The notes under the pieces were generated by a model. The model had not been told where the DNA came from, did not search any database, and was given only the letters and a program-made list of their open reading frames with translations. A DNA stretch of 63,670 nt, counting the filler, from Stramenopiles sp. TOSAG23-2 (lineage: Eukaryota): the NCBI GenBank assembly GCA_900128395.1. It is 50 parts of 50 records of this genome, joined end to end, with 100 filler letters (N's around TTAATTAATTAA, not from the genome) between each part and the next. Parts side by side here need not be neighbours in the genome. Positions count along the whole stretch, not along the records: positions 23,116 to 24,295 come from LT653542.1; positions 24,396 to 25,575 come from LT653543.1; positions 25,676 to 26,854 come from LT653544.1; positions 26,955 to 28,133 come from LT653545.1; positions 28,234 to 29,411 come from LT653546.1; positions 29,512 to 30,688 come from LT653547.1; positions 30,789 to 31,963 come from LT653548.1; positions 32,064 to 33,237 come from LT653549.1; 42 more parts are not named here. The stretch is one strand, 5' to 3'. The translations under genes and the position numbers were made by a program. This document shows, piece after piece, positions 23,116 through 34,724 of the stretch. Numbering within the stretch: position 1 is the first letter of the stretch; the number at the start of each line of letters is the position of its first letter.

Positions 23116-23916
23116 TTGCTCTGGTGGCATTGCAATTGTTTTTAAAATATTATGCTGTAACCGTCCTTCCCCAGTAAAACCTATGTTCCACAAAACTACA
23201 ACGCCATCTTTGCCACCAGTAGCAATGCAGTTTGTGGCTGCGTCAATCGCAATGGTGGTTACTGGGCCATCATGAGCCCGCGGAATGATTCCAATTAAAT
23301 TACCTTGTGGTGCCCATAATTTTGGTATTTCCTCATCCCCATCTTTGTTATAACGGGCTTCGGTTTTGGTATCTTCCGGTTGCTCAAATAAATATAAATC
23401 CCCTTGCTCCATTCCAGCAATTACACGCCCACTTTGCATATAACAGAAGCAGTTAATATCTTGTACTTTGCCTTTACGCCCAAAAGATGCAGAATTTCCA
23501 TCTAAACGCCAGGTTTTATTGGTATTACCACCCGTCAACGCACCACCACGCTGTTGCCGCTTGCTTTTTTTCAAAGCATCTTTTTTTGACATATCTTTTG
23601 CATCGGCATCATTGTCAAATGCATCAACACGTTTTAATGCCCAGAATTTGATATGTCTTTGCCCACACGTAACCAATGTATATGTAATATCATCAATACT
23701 ATCAACATCTTGTACGCCTAGCATTTTATACGGATTAAACATAATCCTAAATACATTCGCATTATGCCCCCTTGCCTGGGTTAACAAAACCCCATTTTGC
23801 CAATCCCACACCGCGATTGTATGGTAATCATCCCCACCGACAGATGCGAGCAATTGGCCATCCCCAGAGAAGGACAATGCGCATATTTTACGCTCATGTA
23901 ACATCAGATTAATCAT
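23116..23916 (-). CDS. EML (echinoderm microtubule-associated protein-like) WD40 protein fragment
   Basis: FSGDGQLLASVGGDDYHTIAVWDW, LVTCGQRHIKFW, AHDGPV...ATGGKDGVVVLW. Confidence 0.8.
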
Positions 23917-24178
23917 ATGATATATGTATGAGCGCTAAAGTAAATTGTAAAAGAAACGCGAGTGAACAAAAAAGTAAAATTTTGTGTGAATGTACATATC
24001 ACATATCATGTCCTCTTCTCCTCTCTCTTTGGCAATTGGATTACGGATATTTGTTTTACGCTCTCAATCAACACTCTCTCCGATCTTCTCTCTTTGTGCA
24101 CTCCAAGTCCTTTATTTTTTTGCCTTTTTTCAATTTCAATATAACAATATAAAAATGTAAATTGTAAAAAATGGTCAA

Positions 24179-24295
24179 TCAATCAAACAGCCCACCTCCA
24201 CCATCCCCATCACTATCATCTGCTTCATCAAACAAGGAACTTGCTTCATTCTTATTTGATTTGTTCGTTCCAGTAGCATTAGTAGATGACCCTTT
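24179..24295 (-). CDS. C-terminus of a protein ending in an LF-acidic-LF motif (FAM21/WASHC2-like)
   Basis: Open from the contig edge: ...EASSLFDEADDSDGDGGGGLFD-stop. Confidence 0.45.
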   Translation of the reverse strand, partial: KGSSTNATGTNKSNKNEASSLFDEADDSDGDGGGGLFD

Positions 24296-24395
24296 NNNNN
24301 NNNNNNNNNNNNNNNNNNNNNNNNNNNNNNNNNNNNNNNTTAATTAATTAANNNNNNNNNNNNNNNNNNNNNNNNNNNNNNNNNNNNNNNNNNNN

Positions 24396-25575
24396 TTTTC
24401 TCATCGCAATTAAGGACGAAATTCATTAGCCAACACGCCCAATGCATACTAGGATCACGTGCCACCTGCTCCTCATTTCCCCACAAACCCCAACCTCGAA
24501 TTGGTGTGGCCTTAAATTTAAATCCTTTATATATAAATTTGGCATGATTGTTCATTTCCCTTGATGACAAATAATTACCCGAAAATTTAAAATATAATTG
24601 ACTCACCTCGACTATAAATGATTTAGGTGGATTTGATTCATTGAACTTGTGCACAACAGATCTGTAGGACTTGTCAGTGTAAAATGACAATTCAATTTTC
24701 TTACTTCTCCATTGTGTATCGGTCCATGAATAATCGAAATCTATACGCATTGCGCCAGCGTCTTTTAAAACTATATCTCCAGAGTATGTAGATCTAGGCC
24801 AAAGTGGGTGTAATGATTCTCTTACATTTAAATCATCTGTATCATTTTCAGTTTGCAAAGTACATGCATAAATATTTTCAGTGCAGTCTACTACAAGCTC
24901 ATCTGCTAAGCTGCCAGCTCCGTCGAGGTCTTTCTCTGATTCAAAAATACACATGTCGTTCAAAACAGCCTTCAGACGCTCGAGTTCTGATTTAGAATCT
25001 ACCTTCACGTTTTCATCCGATAAGTACCCCATAGTAAAACTACTATCACCAGCTGCAACATATTTCAATAATGAAAGTAAATTTTTCCCACCACCAAAAT
25101 CACTTGCCAAAAACTGATCATCAAAATCTAACATCATAGATAAAAGTGCTTCTCTAGCAAAAAGTGTACTTAATGCAGTGCAGGTTCCTAAAAGTTTCAT
25201 TTGAATCGTTGTTTTACCTCTTAAAATAGAACCGAACAGTTCTACCGGGCGACGTAGGCGATCAATAGGGTACCACCTAACAGTTTCGACTCCAGTAGAT
25301 TGATCAATAATTCCTAATTTAACATACTGGACCGGACCATGCCGTTTGTCCCTAACATCGACATCAATAACAACGCCTGGATGACCTTCCATTATCTTTT
25401 CATATCCTATGCCGTCGCTGATGGTAAGTAACATTCCAGGCCATATAGGAGTACAAATATGCTCTATTTTTACTTGGTCTACAGTTGTTGTCGAGTCTCT
25501 TTCATTTGTATCATAATGACTTGCGTCACTTTTTTCATTTGCAACCGCTTGCCGTTTAATCACTTTTTTTTCATT
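24396..25575 (-). CDS. Internal fragment of a large protein with a CUB-like domain, as in giant E3 ligases
   Basis: Open across the whole contig; RESLHP...GAMRIDFD...YFKF...GFKFKATP pattern. Confidence 0.55.
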
Positions 25576-25675
25576 NNNNNNNNNNNNNNNNNNNNNNNNN
25601 NNNNNNNNNNNNNNNNNNNTTAATTAATTAANNNNNNNNNNNNNNNNNNNNNNNNNNNNNNNNNNNNNNNNNNNN

Positions 25676-26854
25676 CCATCGACATATTATTTTCTGATTT
25701 GAACAATATGTGTACATTGCTTTTCTTCTTTTTTTTCTTTGTTGCTTTCGTCGTTATTTCCACTACATTACTTGTTGATATAGTTGTAGATGAAGTTGAT
25801 GGAGGAACAGGACTATTTTTATTACTATTATTAGCCGTAGTAGTATTGATATTATCATTTTGATGGACTATGATATTAGGACTTACTGTACTATTGATGC
25901 TGGTATTATTTTGTACAAAATTATTATTATTTGGTGGCGGTGCAAAAGGTGGTAAAGTTGGTGGTGTGAGTCCTGGTGGTAGCCCTTGTGTTAATAACCC
26001 AGGTGGTGGTAAATTATTGGACGATGATGATATTGTATTCAATACCGGTGGAATTGGTGATATAGATGAAGGTTTCGTTTCACCAATATTATTTTTATTA
26101 TTATTTGCTACATTATTATTATCTGATGTAGGCAGTTTCTGAACAGAATTCATACCTTGCGGTGGAGGTTGATATTGCATATTATTGATATATGGTTGTG
26201 ATGGTGGCAGGGTTTGCATAAAGCCACCACCTAGTAATGGTGGTGGCATACCAGGAGGAAGCACCATTCCTGGTGGTGCACCTTGCATCATATTCATACC
26301 AATATTCATACCAGGTAATGGTGGTGGAACAACTGCTTGTTGATACATTTGAGTTGGNNNNNNNNNNNNNNNNNNNNNNNNNNNNNNNNNNNNNNNNNNN
26401 NNNNNNNNNNNNNNNNNNNNNNNNNNNNNNNNNNNNNNNNNNNNNNNNNNNNNNNNNNCCATCATAATTTTGTACAGGTTGCCCACGTGGTTGGTAATAA
26501 CCTCCGCCATATGAAGCTTGGTAACCATATTGAGGTTGCATTCCACCCATCAGTCCCATTGCACCATTCATTTGATTTGGGTGTTGCATTGGATTATATT
26601 TTGGACGCTTCGAACCATGGCTATTATTATTGTTGCTGTGATTATTATTATTATTATTATTACTTAAATTAACTCCGGTGTTCAGTGCCCGTTCTTGTAA
26701 AGCTTCGTGTGGAATGTAACTCATGCCATTAATTGAATGCCCTACTTTTGGATTATCTCTTCCCTTAATCGAATCTGGAACTTTGCCTAAAACAGATTTA
26801 TGCACTTGCATCATATGGGCTGCTAAGCCCCCAACGTTAGTTGCTCTTTTACCA
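25676..26854 (-). CDS. ZNF207: ZNF207/BuGZ/SUF4-like zinc-finger protein (partial; internal gap 26358-26458)
   Basis: GGLAAHMMQVHK...VPDSIKGRD...INGMSYIP matches the ZNF207 post-finger motif. Pro/Met/Gly-rich middle region; C-terminal ILF...NMSM. Confidence 0.8.
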
Positions 26855-26954
26855 NNNNNNNNNNNNNNNNNNNNNNNNNNNNNNNNNNNNNNNNNNNNTT
26901 AATTAATTAANNNNNNNNNNNNNNNNNNNNNNNNNNNNNNNNNNNNNNNNNNNN

Positions 26955-27590
26955 CATTTTGTTTGAAGAATTGAACATATTTCGTTGGATCGGAACCTGC
27001 CGTTTCTGCAATTTTTACACCTTCCTCAACCATGACACGCATGTACATGTCATATGGTGGCGGCGTTGCTGCTGGTAAAATTGTTAAATTTACACCAAAT
27101 GGTTTGCCTTCACATAATTCACGTGTTTTACGAATACCTGCACGACAGGCTTCTTCTGTAGTCCCGAAATTATGAATGGCAACAATACCTAAACCACCTG
27201 CACGTGATACAGCAGCTGCTAATTCTGGTAATCCAGTACCAGTCATTCCTCCCTGTTAGATTATTTTATGTGTGTGTGTATATATGTATATATATATATA
27301 TGTTATGTGTTAGTGACGTGTTGTTACGTATATCTATATAGTCATTATATCTATTCTGTATAATAGAAGTCAAATTACTAAACAAAGCAATTGCGAGCAT
27401 TAACCGGTGGTGATTCAATTCCCAAGCAAAAGTTGGAAGATGCAATGAAGAAAGATGCAACAAGTATATAAATTCTTAAATTTCCTTATTATGCATATAT
27501 ATTATTTTATATTATATCTAATGCTTTACTTACCATGACGACAGGATGTTTGATGTTTAACATCTCGGTAACTCTTGTTTTAAGTGGCAT
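26955..27590 (-). CDS. Nitronate monooxygenase / 2-nitropropane dioxygenase family (exons 27590-27534 and 27252-26955, 3' partial)
   Basis: The spliced product reads MPLKTRVTEMLNIKHPVVM|GGMTGTGLPELAAAVSRAGGLG...KPFGVNLTILP...ETAG. Phase-0 GTAAGT...CAG intron at 27253-27533. Confidence 0.9.
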
Positions 27591-28454
27591 GTTGTGAACT
27601 TTTTTTTATTTGTATTGTGTTTTGTTTTTTTGTCTTTTGTTTCAAATAAGCGATAATTGAAATAATTTATCTTTGATAATGTTTTGTTTGAATGTTCTAC
27701 ATCTGCGTCATGACATCTCCACACACACAGACATGTTCGACTCTCGGATATAAAAGTTTGCACAAATCTATGTTTAATCCATGCGAATATTATCCGTCAT
27801 GTTACATCTTATCTATCCTTCTATTTGAGTATAATATATAGTATACTAAGGCACATCCATAATATCAATATACGTGTCAATATACGGATTAGGTAGGTGT
27901 GATATCCGAAATATATCCTAAATTCATTTTTTTATTTCGTTCGAGGAGGCTAAAGATAGTTCGTACCCTTAGTATACTGTACTATGTAGTTAAAGGCGAT
28001 GTGAGATGTACCTAGCATATTCTGGGGTAGGACACACGACACGAGTTAGAGTTAGAGGTTAGAGAGTGCTATGTTAGCCTACTCAGGAAACCTTAACGAG
28101 CAAATCCACTACGCACCTCAAGAATCGGAGCGTNNNNNNNNNNNNNNNNNNNNNNNNNNNNNNNNNNNNNNNNNNNNTTAATTAATTAANNNNNNNNNNN
28201 NNNNNNNNNNNNNNNNNNNNNNNNNNNNNNNNNATGTCACGTAGCGCGAAAAAAAAAAAATAAAAAATTAAAATACGACGGTTTGCACGTTTACTTTTCA
28301 AATAAAAGATGATGGGAAAACAACAAGATTACACAGAGAAATAATAGAAAATAAAAAAGTTACAATAACAACAACACAACTAGATTGTAAAAATAGTAAT
28401 TAATACTCTATAATAATAATTATAACAGAAGAACAGTAGGAAAAATACATAATA

Positions 28455-29411
28455 ATGGGTTGTTGTTTATCGAAATTAACAAAAAATTACTTTGCCTCAG
28501 CAATGGCTGCTAACGAAATGTCGAAGAAAATAGGTATGATGGGGAAATATGCACCAAAAGAAATGAAAGAAGGACGTTCTACATATCCAGGGCCTACGAT
28601 GGAACATTTAGAAGAAGGTTTGGATATCCTGGTTGGAAAAATGACGAGTATTAATGAGGAAGCTCAAGAAATTGTTAAAAATATGGATGACAAAGGTGAC
28701 AAAGCATCTAAATTACGTTTTTATCAACTTGAACAATTTCACGTGCGTGCACAAATAACTATGATGTCCCATTTAGATAAGTATGCAATTGATAATGGTG
28801 AGGAACGGTTGAAACAGTTAATCAAGGATTATGATGTTACAATGGATACAGTAACGTTTAAGAAAACAGGGGGTAAGCAAAATTGGTATAGAAGTGGATG
28901 TTTCCTATATCAACTATGTTTTCAATATGGATGTTTACCAGAACTAGATATATGGAATGAGAAAGTAATAAAAGATTATCAAATGTTGGATTTAAATACT
29001 AATCATAATTATACAGCGGGTGGGAGTACAACTGCTGCTGAAGTAGGCGATGTAACAACGACTGCTATACACGTTTTGATCATAGCTGGTAAAAAAGAAC
29101 AAGCAAGGCAATTATTTGAAGCGATTGGTTTTAAAAACGATGATGTTGGTTCAAATGCTATGTTAGCTGCTATTTGGAAAATGGGAATTGGTGCTATGGG
29201 AACATTTTCAAAAGAAACATGGTTTGCTATGAATAAATTACTTTTTTTCCTTGCAATGTCGGATGCTGCACAAGAAAAATCTAGTGACAATATGAAAGCA
29301 TGGATTGCTACTCAAGATTTAGCTGAATTAAATAAAAGTTGGTTTACACAAGTATTAGGCACAGCAAGTGTGTTAAACATCGGTGCTCGCGTATATGAAA
29401 TTTTAGGTGAT
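28455..29411 (+). CDS. Unknown helical protein with N-terminal MGCC acylation motif (3' partial)
   Basis: Open frame of more than 310 codons starting MGCCLSK. Confidence 0.7.
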
Positions 29412-29511
29412 NNNNNNNNNNNNNNNNNNNNNNNNNNNNNNNNNNNNNNNNNNNNTTAATTAATTAANNNNNNNNNNNNNNNNNNNNNNNNNNNNNNNNN
29501 NNNNNNNNNNN

Positions 29512-30206
29512 CCATCATATTCAGAATTGTCAGCATATATAAGTTTACCTTTTCCATGTTTTTTGCCGTTGCTGTTCAGTTCACCTGAATACACCTCGAT
29601 GATATTGTTGAATTTGTTTGCACTCATTGCATTTCTTCTATTGAATGGATTTCTTACAAAACGAGCAAACGAATTTGCAACCGTTTCTAACCATTGTGGT
29701 AATGGTGATGCTTCACTGTTTTGTGGTATAAAATCGACAACTTGTGCCTTTGCATTTAAAATGCTTCTAATGCTCGTTTCACGAAAATCGGGTGTTGCAT
29801 TAAAATAAAATGTAAAATTAATGTTTCCAATATTGGTTCTGAAATTGTCAGGACAACTACTAAGAATTGTACTAATTTCTGATTTATGTGCAACATCAAT
29901 AACTACTATAATTGGTTTTCTGTATTCTATCGCCCACGCTAATTCTTTCCGACACCACTTACGTCTGAAATAGGAAGGTGATAAAATTACAATCACAATG
30001 TTTGATTTTATAATGCCTTCTTTCATGGCGGCTCCATCACACGCCACCATCATCTTATCTAACCAACAAGATTTCTTATATTCACCCATTGAATGATAGA
30101 CACATAAGGCAATTGCTTCAGACTCAGCTTGTACATGAGAAAGAAAATAATCATTACTACTACTATTATTAGCTGTCGTATTACAGCCGACGTTATCATA
30201 CAACAT
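29512..30206 (-). CDS. TIR domain protein with MORN repeats (3' partial)
   Basis: DYFLSHVQ...WLDK...MKEGIIKS.IVIVILSPSYFRRKWCRKEL.WA...KPIIVV, then YSGELNSNGKKHGKGKLIYADNSEYDG. Confidence 0.85.
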
Positions 30207-30788
30207 TTCTATTTTCAATTATAATATAATTTAATTAAGCTTATTTTATCTGCATATGTATATATATATATATAGCAGCTATACTTCTTCTGGTTAGTTA
30301 TTAAATTACAGAGTTTTAATATTTTGATATACCTATATATATATATTATATTTTATATACCTACTATATATATATTAGAAACGATTATATATTATACTAC
30401 TATACTATTATGGCAAGTTATCCAGGCTATACCTGGTATAAATAAAAAAATGTTGGTCCAGGTAAGAAATATTATGCTTTTCGTAATGCTGTGTGTATCC
30501 TATTAATATTTTAAATGACAAGAAGTACAATGCAATACAGTAAATAGAAATGGTTATGTAGTTGTGAAGAGAAAACAGGATCTGAAAATACGAGAATAGC
30601 TTAAATCTTTAAATTGCTCCCATAAAAATAGTGTGTCGCATACTTGTTCAAACCTCTAGCCCTTGCACGCACATCGGCTCTAGTTTCGNNNNNNNNNNNN
30701 NNNNNNNNNNNNNNNNNNNNNNNNNNNNNNNNTTAATTAATTAANNNNNNNNNNNNNNNNNNNNNNNNNNNNNNNNNNNNNNNNNNNN

Positions 30789-31963
30789 ACGCCGGGAAAC
30801 ACCATTTCAGTGTACGCGCTATCAGATTATTTAAACATACTATCGTGTTTCAAAAAGTCTTACAAAAAAGGGAAATACGATGCTATTCAGCCGACATTGA
30901 AATTTCCACAGGCAATGGAAACTTACTTAAAACAAACAAAAAAATGCTTTCAAAACGACAAACATGTTGAAGATAGCACCTTGGAAATTGCAAAGACCAT
31001 TTCAGAAGTGTATAAAGTTGATCACAAAAAAGTGTTGGAATCATACAATTATGGTGCGGATTTGGGGCTCACGCCAGCAGATGTCGGCTCGCGCTTTGTT
31101 GCAAAAGCAAGAGATACCTCTAATGTATTAAAAGCGTTTGCCTATCAGCATGACATAAGCTGCTCGAACAATGTTTTTATTACGCTGCAAAGTATTTTAA
31201 GAGCATGCAACAAATACAAAGGCCCATCCAAAAAGGGGACTGTCAAGGCTGACATAGAAACCGACGATGTCCGAAATATATTTGCATGCAATATGACGCT
31301 GCAGCAAGTCGAAGAACGAATACAAACGCGACACGACATACCATTTAATATTCGGCATACAAGCAAAATCGACCCAGTGGACCAAACTCCAAAAAGTTTT
31401 CTGGCAAAACTTCAGAGTGGAAAGATATTTCTATCTATGAAAGAATTATGGTATTTGAAAAGCAAGTTTGGCAAACCGATGCGCACCGTAAACCAATTTG
31501 CTACTTTTCTGCTACAAGATGCATCGGCTCCAACATGGATCCATATGGTATTTGCAGCAATCCGCGTTGCAATGGATCAACTAGAAGATACCAAAGTTGC
31601 AGCACCACCCATTTTGATGGGTCCAACCATTGAACCACCAATCAAAGTACTCATGGATATTAAAAACAGGTTGACGGGATTGGACAAGGCAAAATTCATA
31701 CAGCTTTTGTTGCCAATGATGACTCTTTATTGGTTTCGTGCACGGCAAACAAATGCATACATCTTCCGTGTGATTTCTATCCAAGATTGGAAGGCAACGA
31801 AAGAATTGGCTCATACGCTACCAATGTTGCTTTTTGGCATCAATTTAATATGCTATTCCGATGGTACATACCGGTTTATCAAAACCGAGAGCAAAACATC
31901 AGGGAGAAGAGCGAAGGAAGCAGATTTAGATTTGTATGACGAAGAAATTCACAACAAGTTCCC
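30789..31963 (+). CDS. Unknown intronless protein, possibly tyrosine-recombinase-like (both ends missing)
   Basis: Open across the contig with higher GC than neighbouring contigs. C-terminal LY...R...Y......N.I...Y.F....SKT pattern. Confidence 0.5.
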
Positions 31964-32347
31964 NNNNNNNNNNNNNNNNNNNNNNNNNNNNNNNNNNNNN
32001 NNNNNNNTTAATTAATTAANNNNNNNNNNNNNNNNNNNNNNNNNNNNNNNNNNNNNNNNNNNNTTCCAATTCCAGGTAAATAACGTAAATAACAACACAC
32101 AAAATAAAAAAGAATAATTAAAAATTTTTCCTTTTAAGATAAATACACCGCACGCACAAACTTGATGAAGCGTGTGTGATACGTGATACGTATATAATAA
32201 AAACCCCCATTTTTATATTATCATACGACGTATATCGGAAAAAGTACAAATTATATATATCAATATTATCTTTTTATTATTAGTCTCTCTCCCCTCTCTA
32301 ACATTGTACGTACTCTCTCCACGCCCCACACCACACGCCAGCAACAA

Positions 32348-32571
32348 CCTAAGTTGTTCACAATTTTTTAACAATCAACGGAATTTCATTTATCATTTCT
32401 GGATAAAAATCTGGTTTTAACATAAATTTATATGTAGAAGGCACTTCAATTTCATAATTCCTAAGTTGTTCACATTTTTTTAACAATCAACGGAATTTCA
32501 TTTATCATTTCTGGATAAAAATCTGGTTTTAACATAAATTTATATGTAGAAGGCACTTCAATTTCATAATT
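32348..32571. repeat. 112-bp tandem duplication of the P450 3' end
   Basis: cctaagttgttcaca...ttcataatt occurs at 32348 and 32460, with one substitution (KKL vs KKM). Confidence 0.9.
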
Positions 32572-33237
32572 TAGTAATACCGAATTTAAAACAATAATAA
32601 ATTCAAGTTCTGCTAAAAATCGGCCTTGACATTGCCTTTGTCCATCTAAAAATGGGACAAAAACATTTTTAAATTTCAAATCAGATGCTGTACTACGTTG
32701 TGATGTATCATCTGCATCGATCCAACGATTTGGATTAAATTCTTCTGGTTTCTTCCAATATTTTGGATGAAAATGTAATGCTTGTAATAAAATTTGTATT
32801 GGTGTACCTTTTGGTAATATAATAATTTTACCTTTATCTTCTTTATTATTATCGACAAAAACAGTTGTTTCAATATCTTTACCTGTTTCTCGTAATACAC
32901 CAAGTGATATAGGATGCATACGTAATGTTTCTTTCCATATTGCCATTGTTATTGGTAAATTTTTTATAGATTCTTTATTTGGAAATGTACCTTTAGTTGT
33001 ACCAAAATTTGATTTTAATTCATTTCTTAATTTATCTTGCCATTTTTTATTTTTCGTTAAGCCTAATTCATACAATGCAAATGTTATAATAATAGCAATT
33101 GCTTTATGTGCTGCATGTAAATGATTCACTTCATTAAATATATCTTTAATGGAAAATTTAAATTCTATCATACGATCAATCCAATTTAATGTTTTATTAC
33201 TATTCCACGGTTTTTTATCACTAACATCGTCGTCGTT
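32470..33237 (-). CDS. Cytochrome P450, C-terminal half
   Basis: ExxR (KETLR), PNRW, heme motif FVPFLDGQRQCQG. Confidence 0.93.
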   Translation of the reverse strand, partial: NDDDVSDKKPWNSNKTLNWIDRMIEFKFSIKDIFNEVNHLHAAHKAIAIIITFALYELGLTKNKKWQDKLRNELKSNFGTTKGTFPNKESIKNLPITMAIWKETLRMHPISLGVLRETGKDIETTVFVDNNKEDKGKIIILPKGTPIQILLQALHFHPKYWKKPEEFNPNRWIDADDTSQRSTASDLKFKNVFVPFLDGQRQCQGRFLAELEFIIVLNSVLLNYEIEVPSTYKFMLKPDFYPEMINEIPLIVKKM

Positions 33238-33339
33238 NNNNNNNNNNNNNNNNNNNNNNNNNNNNNNNNNNNNNNNNNNNNTTAATTAATTAANNNNNNN
33301 NNNNNNNNNNNNNNNNNNNNNNNNNNNNNNNNNNNNNAG

Positions 33340-34511
33340 GTTATGGTACAATTTTCCGAACTTTTAGACGAAGCGGACTGGTCTTCTACATATTCCATAA
33401 CATCTGGATACAGCGCATCTTGTTCAAATAATGATCTCTTGTTAATGCGACTTCCATCCAAGATGACAGCTCGACTTTTGAAAGTATCCTTGTTTGATTT
33501 TTGCCATCCTGATGAAGAGATTAAGTTACATCGTCTGGAAGTTATTGGGTCTCCAGTATTTGCGCTTGGAGAATCTACTGAGGGTTGGAAGCGACCTTTG
33601 ATTTTACGCAATCGTAGTGCTTCGTCACCCCTATCCTTTTTAAATCAGCCAACTTTTGCGTTGCGATCTTTTGTGTACGACTCCTACGATGCTTATGAAG
33701 AGACTGATTTTATAATTCAAGTTGTTGACGCAAATGAGCCACCAACGATTGGATATGATATCTCTTTCGTGCCAGCATTTTTGGACAATGTGCGTTACGT
33801 TTCAGAAAGTTTGTCAGCTAATAGTGTTTTTGGTAATCCACTACCATCTTATGACCCGGATATTGACCAAACAACTATATACAGCATAATCGAAAATTTT
33901 GATGCATCTTTGTTTATTGGGAAATGCTCGGGGCAATTGGAAATTGTTAAAAGTGTAAATTTTGAATTATATACAAATTTTACTATAGTTGTTCAAATTA
34001 AGGATGATCATGCATTTAGTTTAAAAGCGAATGAAATTTTTTTTATCAGGGTAGAGGATGTTAACGAGCCACCTGGTGTAGACACTAAGTATGTTTATGT
34101 CAATGAATCAGTTTGGTCAGCAAAACAATTTAAGATTATAGATGAGGGTGGAATTATTGTCCACACAAATACATGGACTGTTAGCAGANNNNNNNNNNNN
34201 NNNNNNNNNNNNNNNNNNNNNNNNNNNNNNNNNNNNNNNNNNNNNNNNNNNNNNNNNNNNNNNNNNNNNNNNNNNNNNNNNNNNNNNNNNNNNNGGATCA
34301 AGTACTTGGAGTAATTCTAGTTTTTGTTCTGATGCTACTCACATGACAGCGGAAGCTTGTTTAGCTACGGGTGCGTGCAGTGCCGCGGGTGGTATTGGTA
34401 ATGGCAGTGCGTATCATGACAAAGCAGTATGTGAGGCTGCGCATGATTGTGGTAACTCAGAGCAATGTATATGGTTTCCAAGTGCACATATTATAACCAT
34501 ATACACAGAGG
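33340..34511 (+). CDS. Cadherin-domain surface protein with a Cys-rich segment (partial; gap 34189-34294)
   Basis: IQVVDANEPP, VSES...YDPD..QTTIYSI...VNFE...IVVQIKD...IRVEDVNEPP. Confidence 0.8.
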
Positions 34512-34724
34512 NNNNNNNNNNNNNNNNNNNNNNNNNNNNNNNNNNNNNNNNNNNNTTAATTAATTAANNNNNNNNNNNNNNNNNNNNNNNNNNNNNNNNN
34601 NNNNNNNNNNNCGGTCTCGCGGTACTGTAACCTTAATTTTTTGAACCTTTAAAACGTACACATATGTTTGTATACACAAACATACTAATTAATATATTAT
34701 TAAATTAATATATAATCGAAATTT

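Noticed and set aside
1291..30206. TIR, TIR-like and ANK-kinase genes as a clustered defence island
   Set aside because: They lie on separate contigs ordered only by length, so there is no evidence of linkage.
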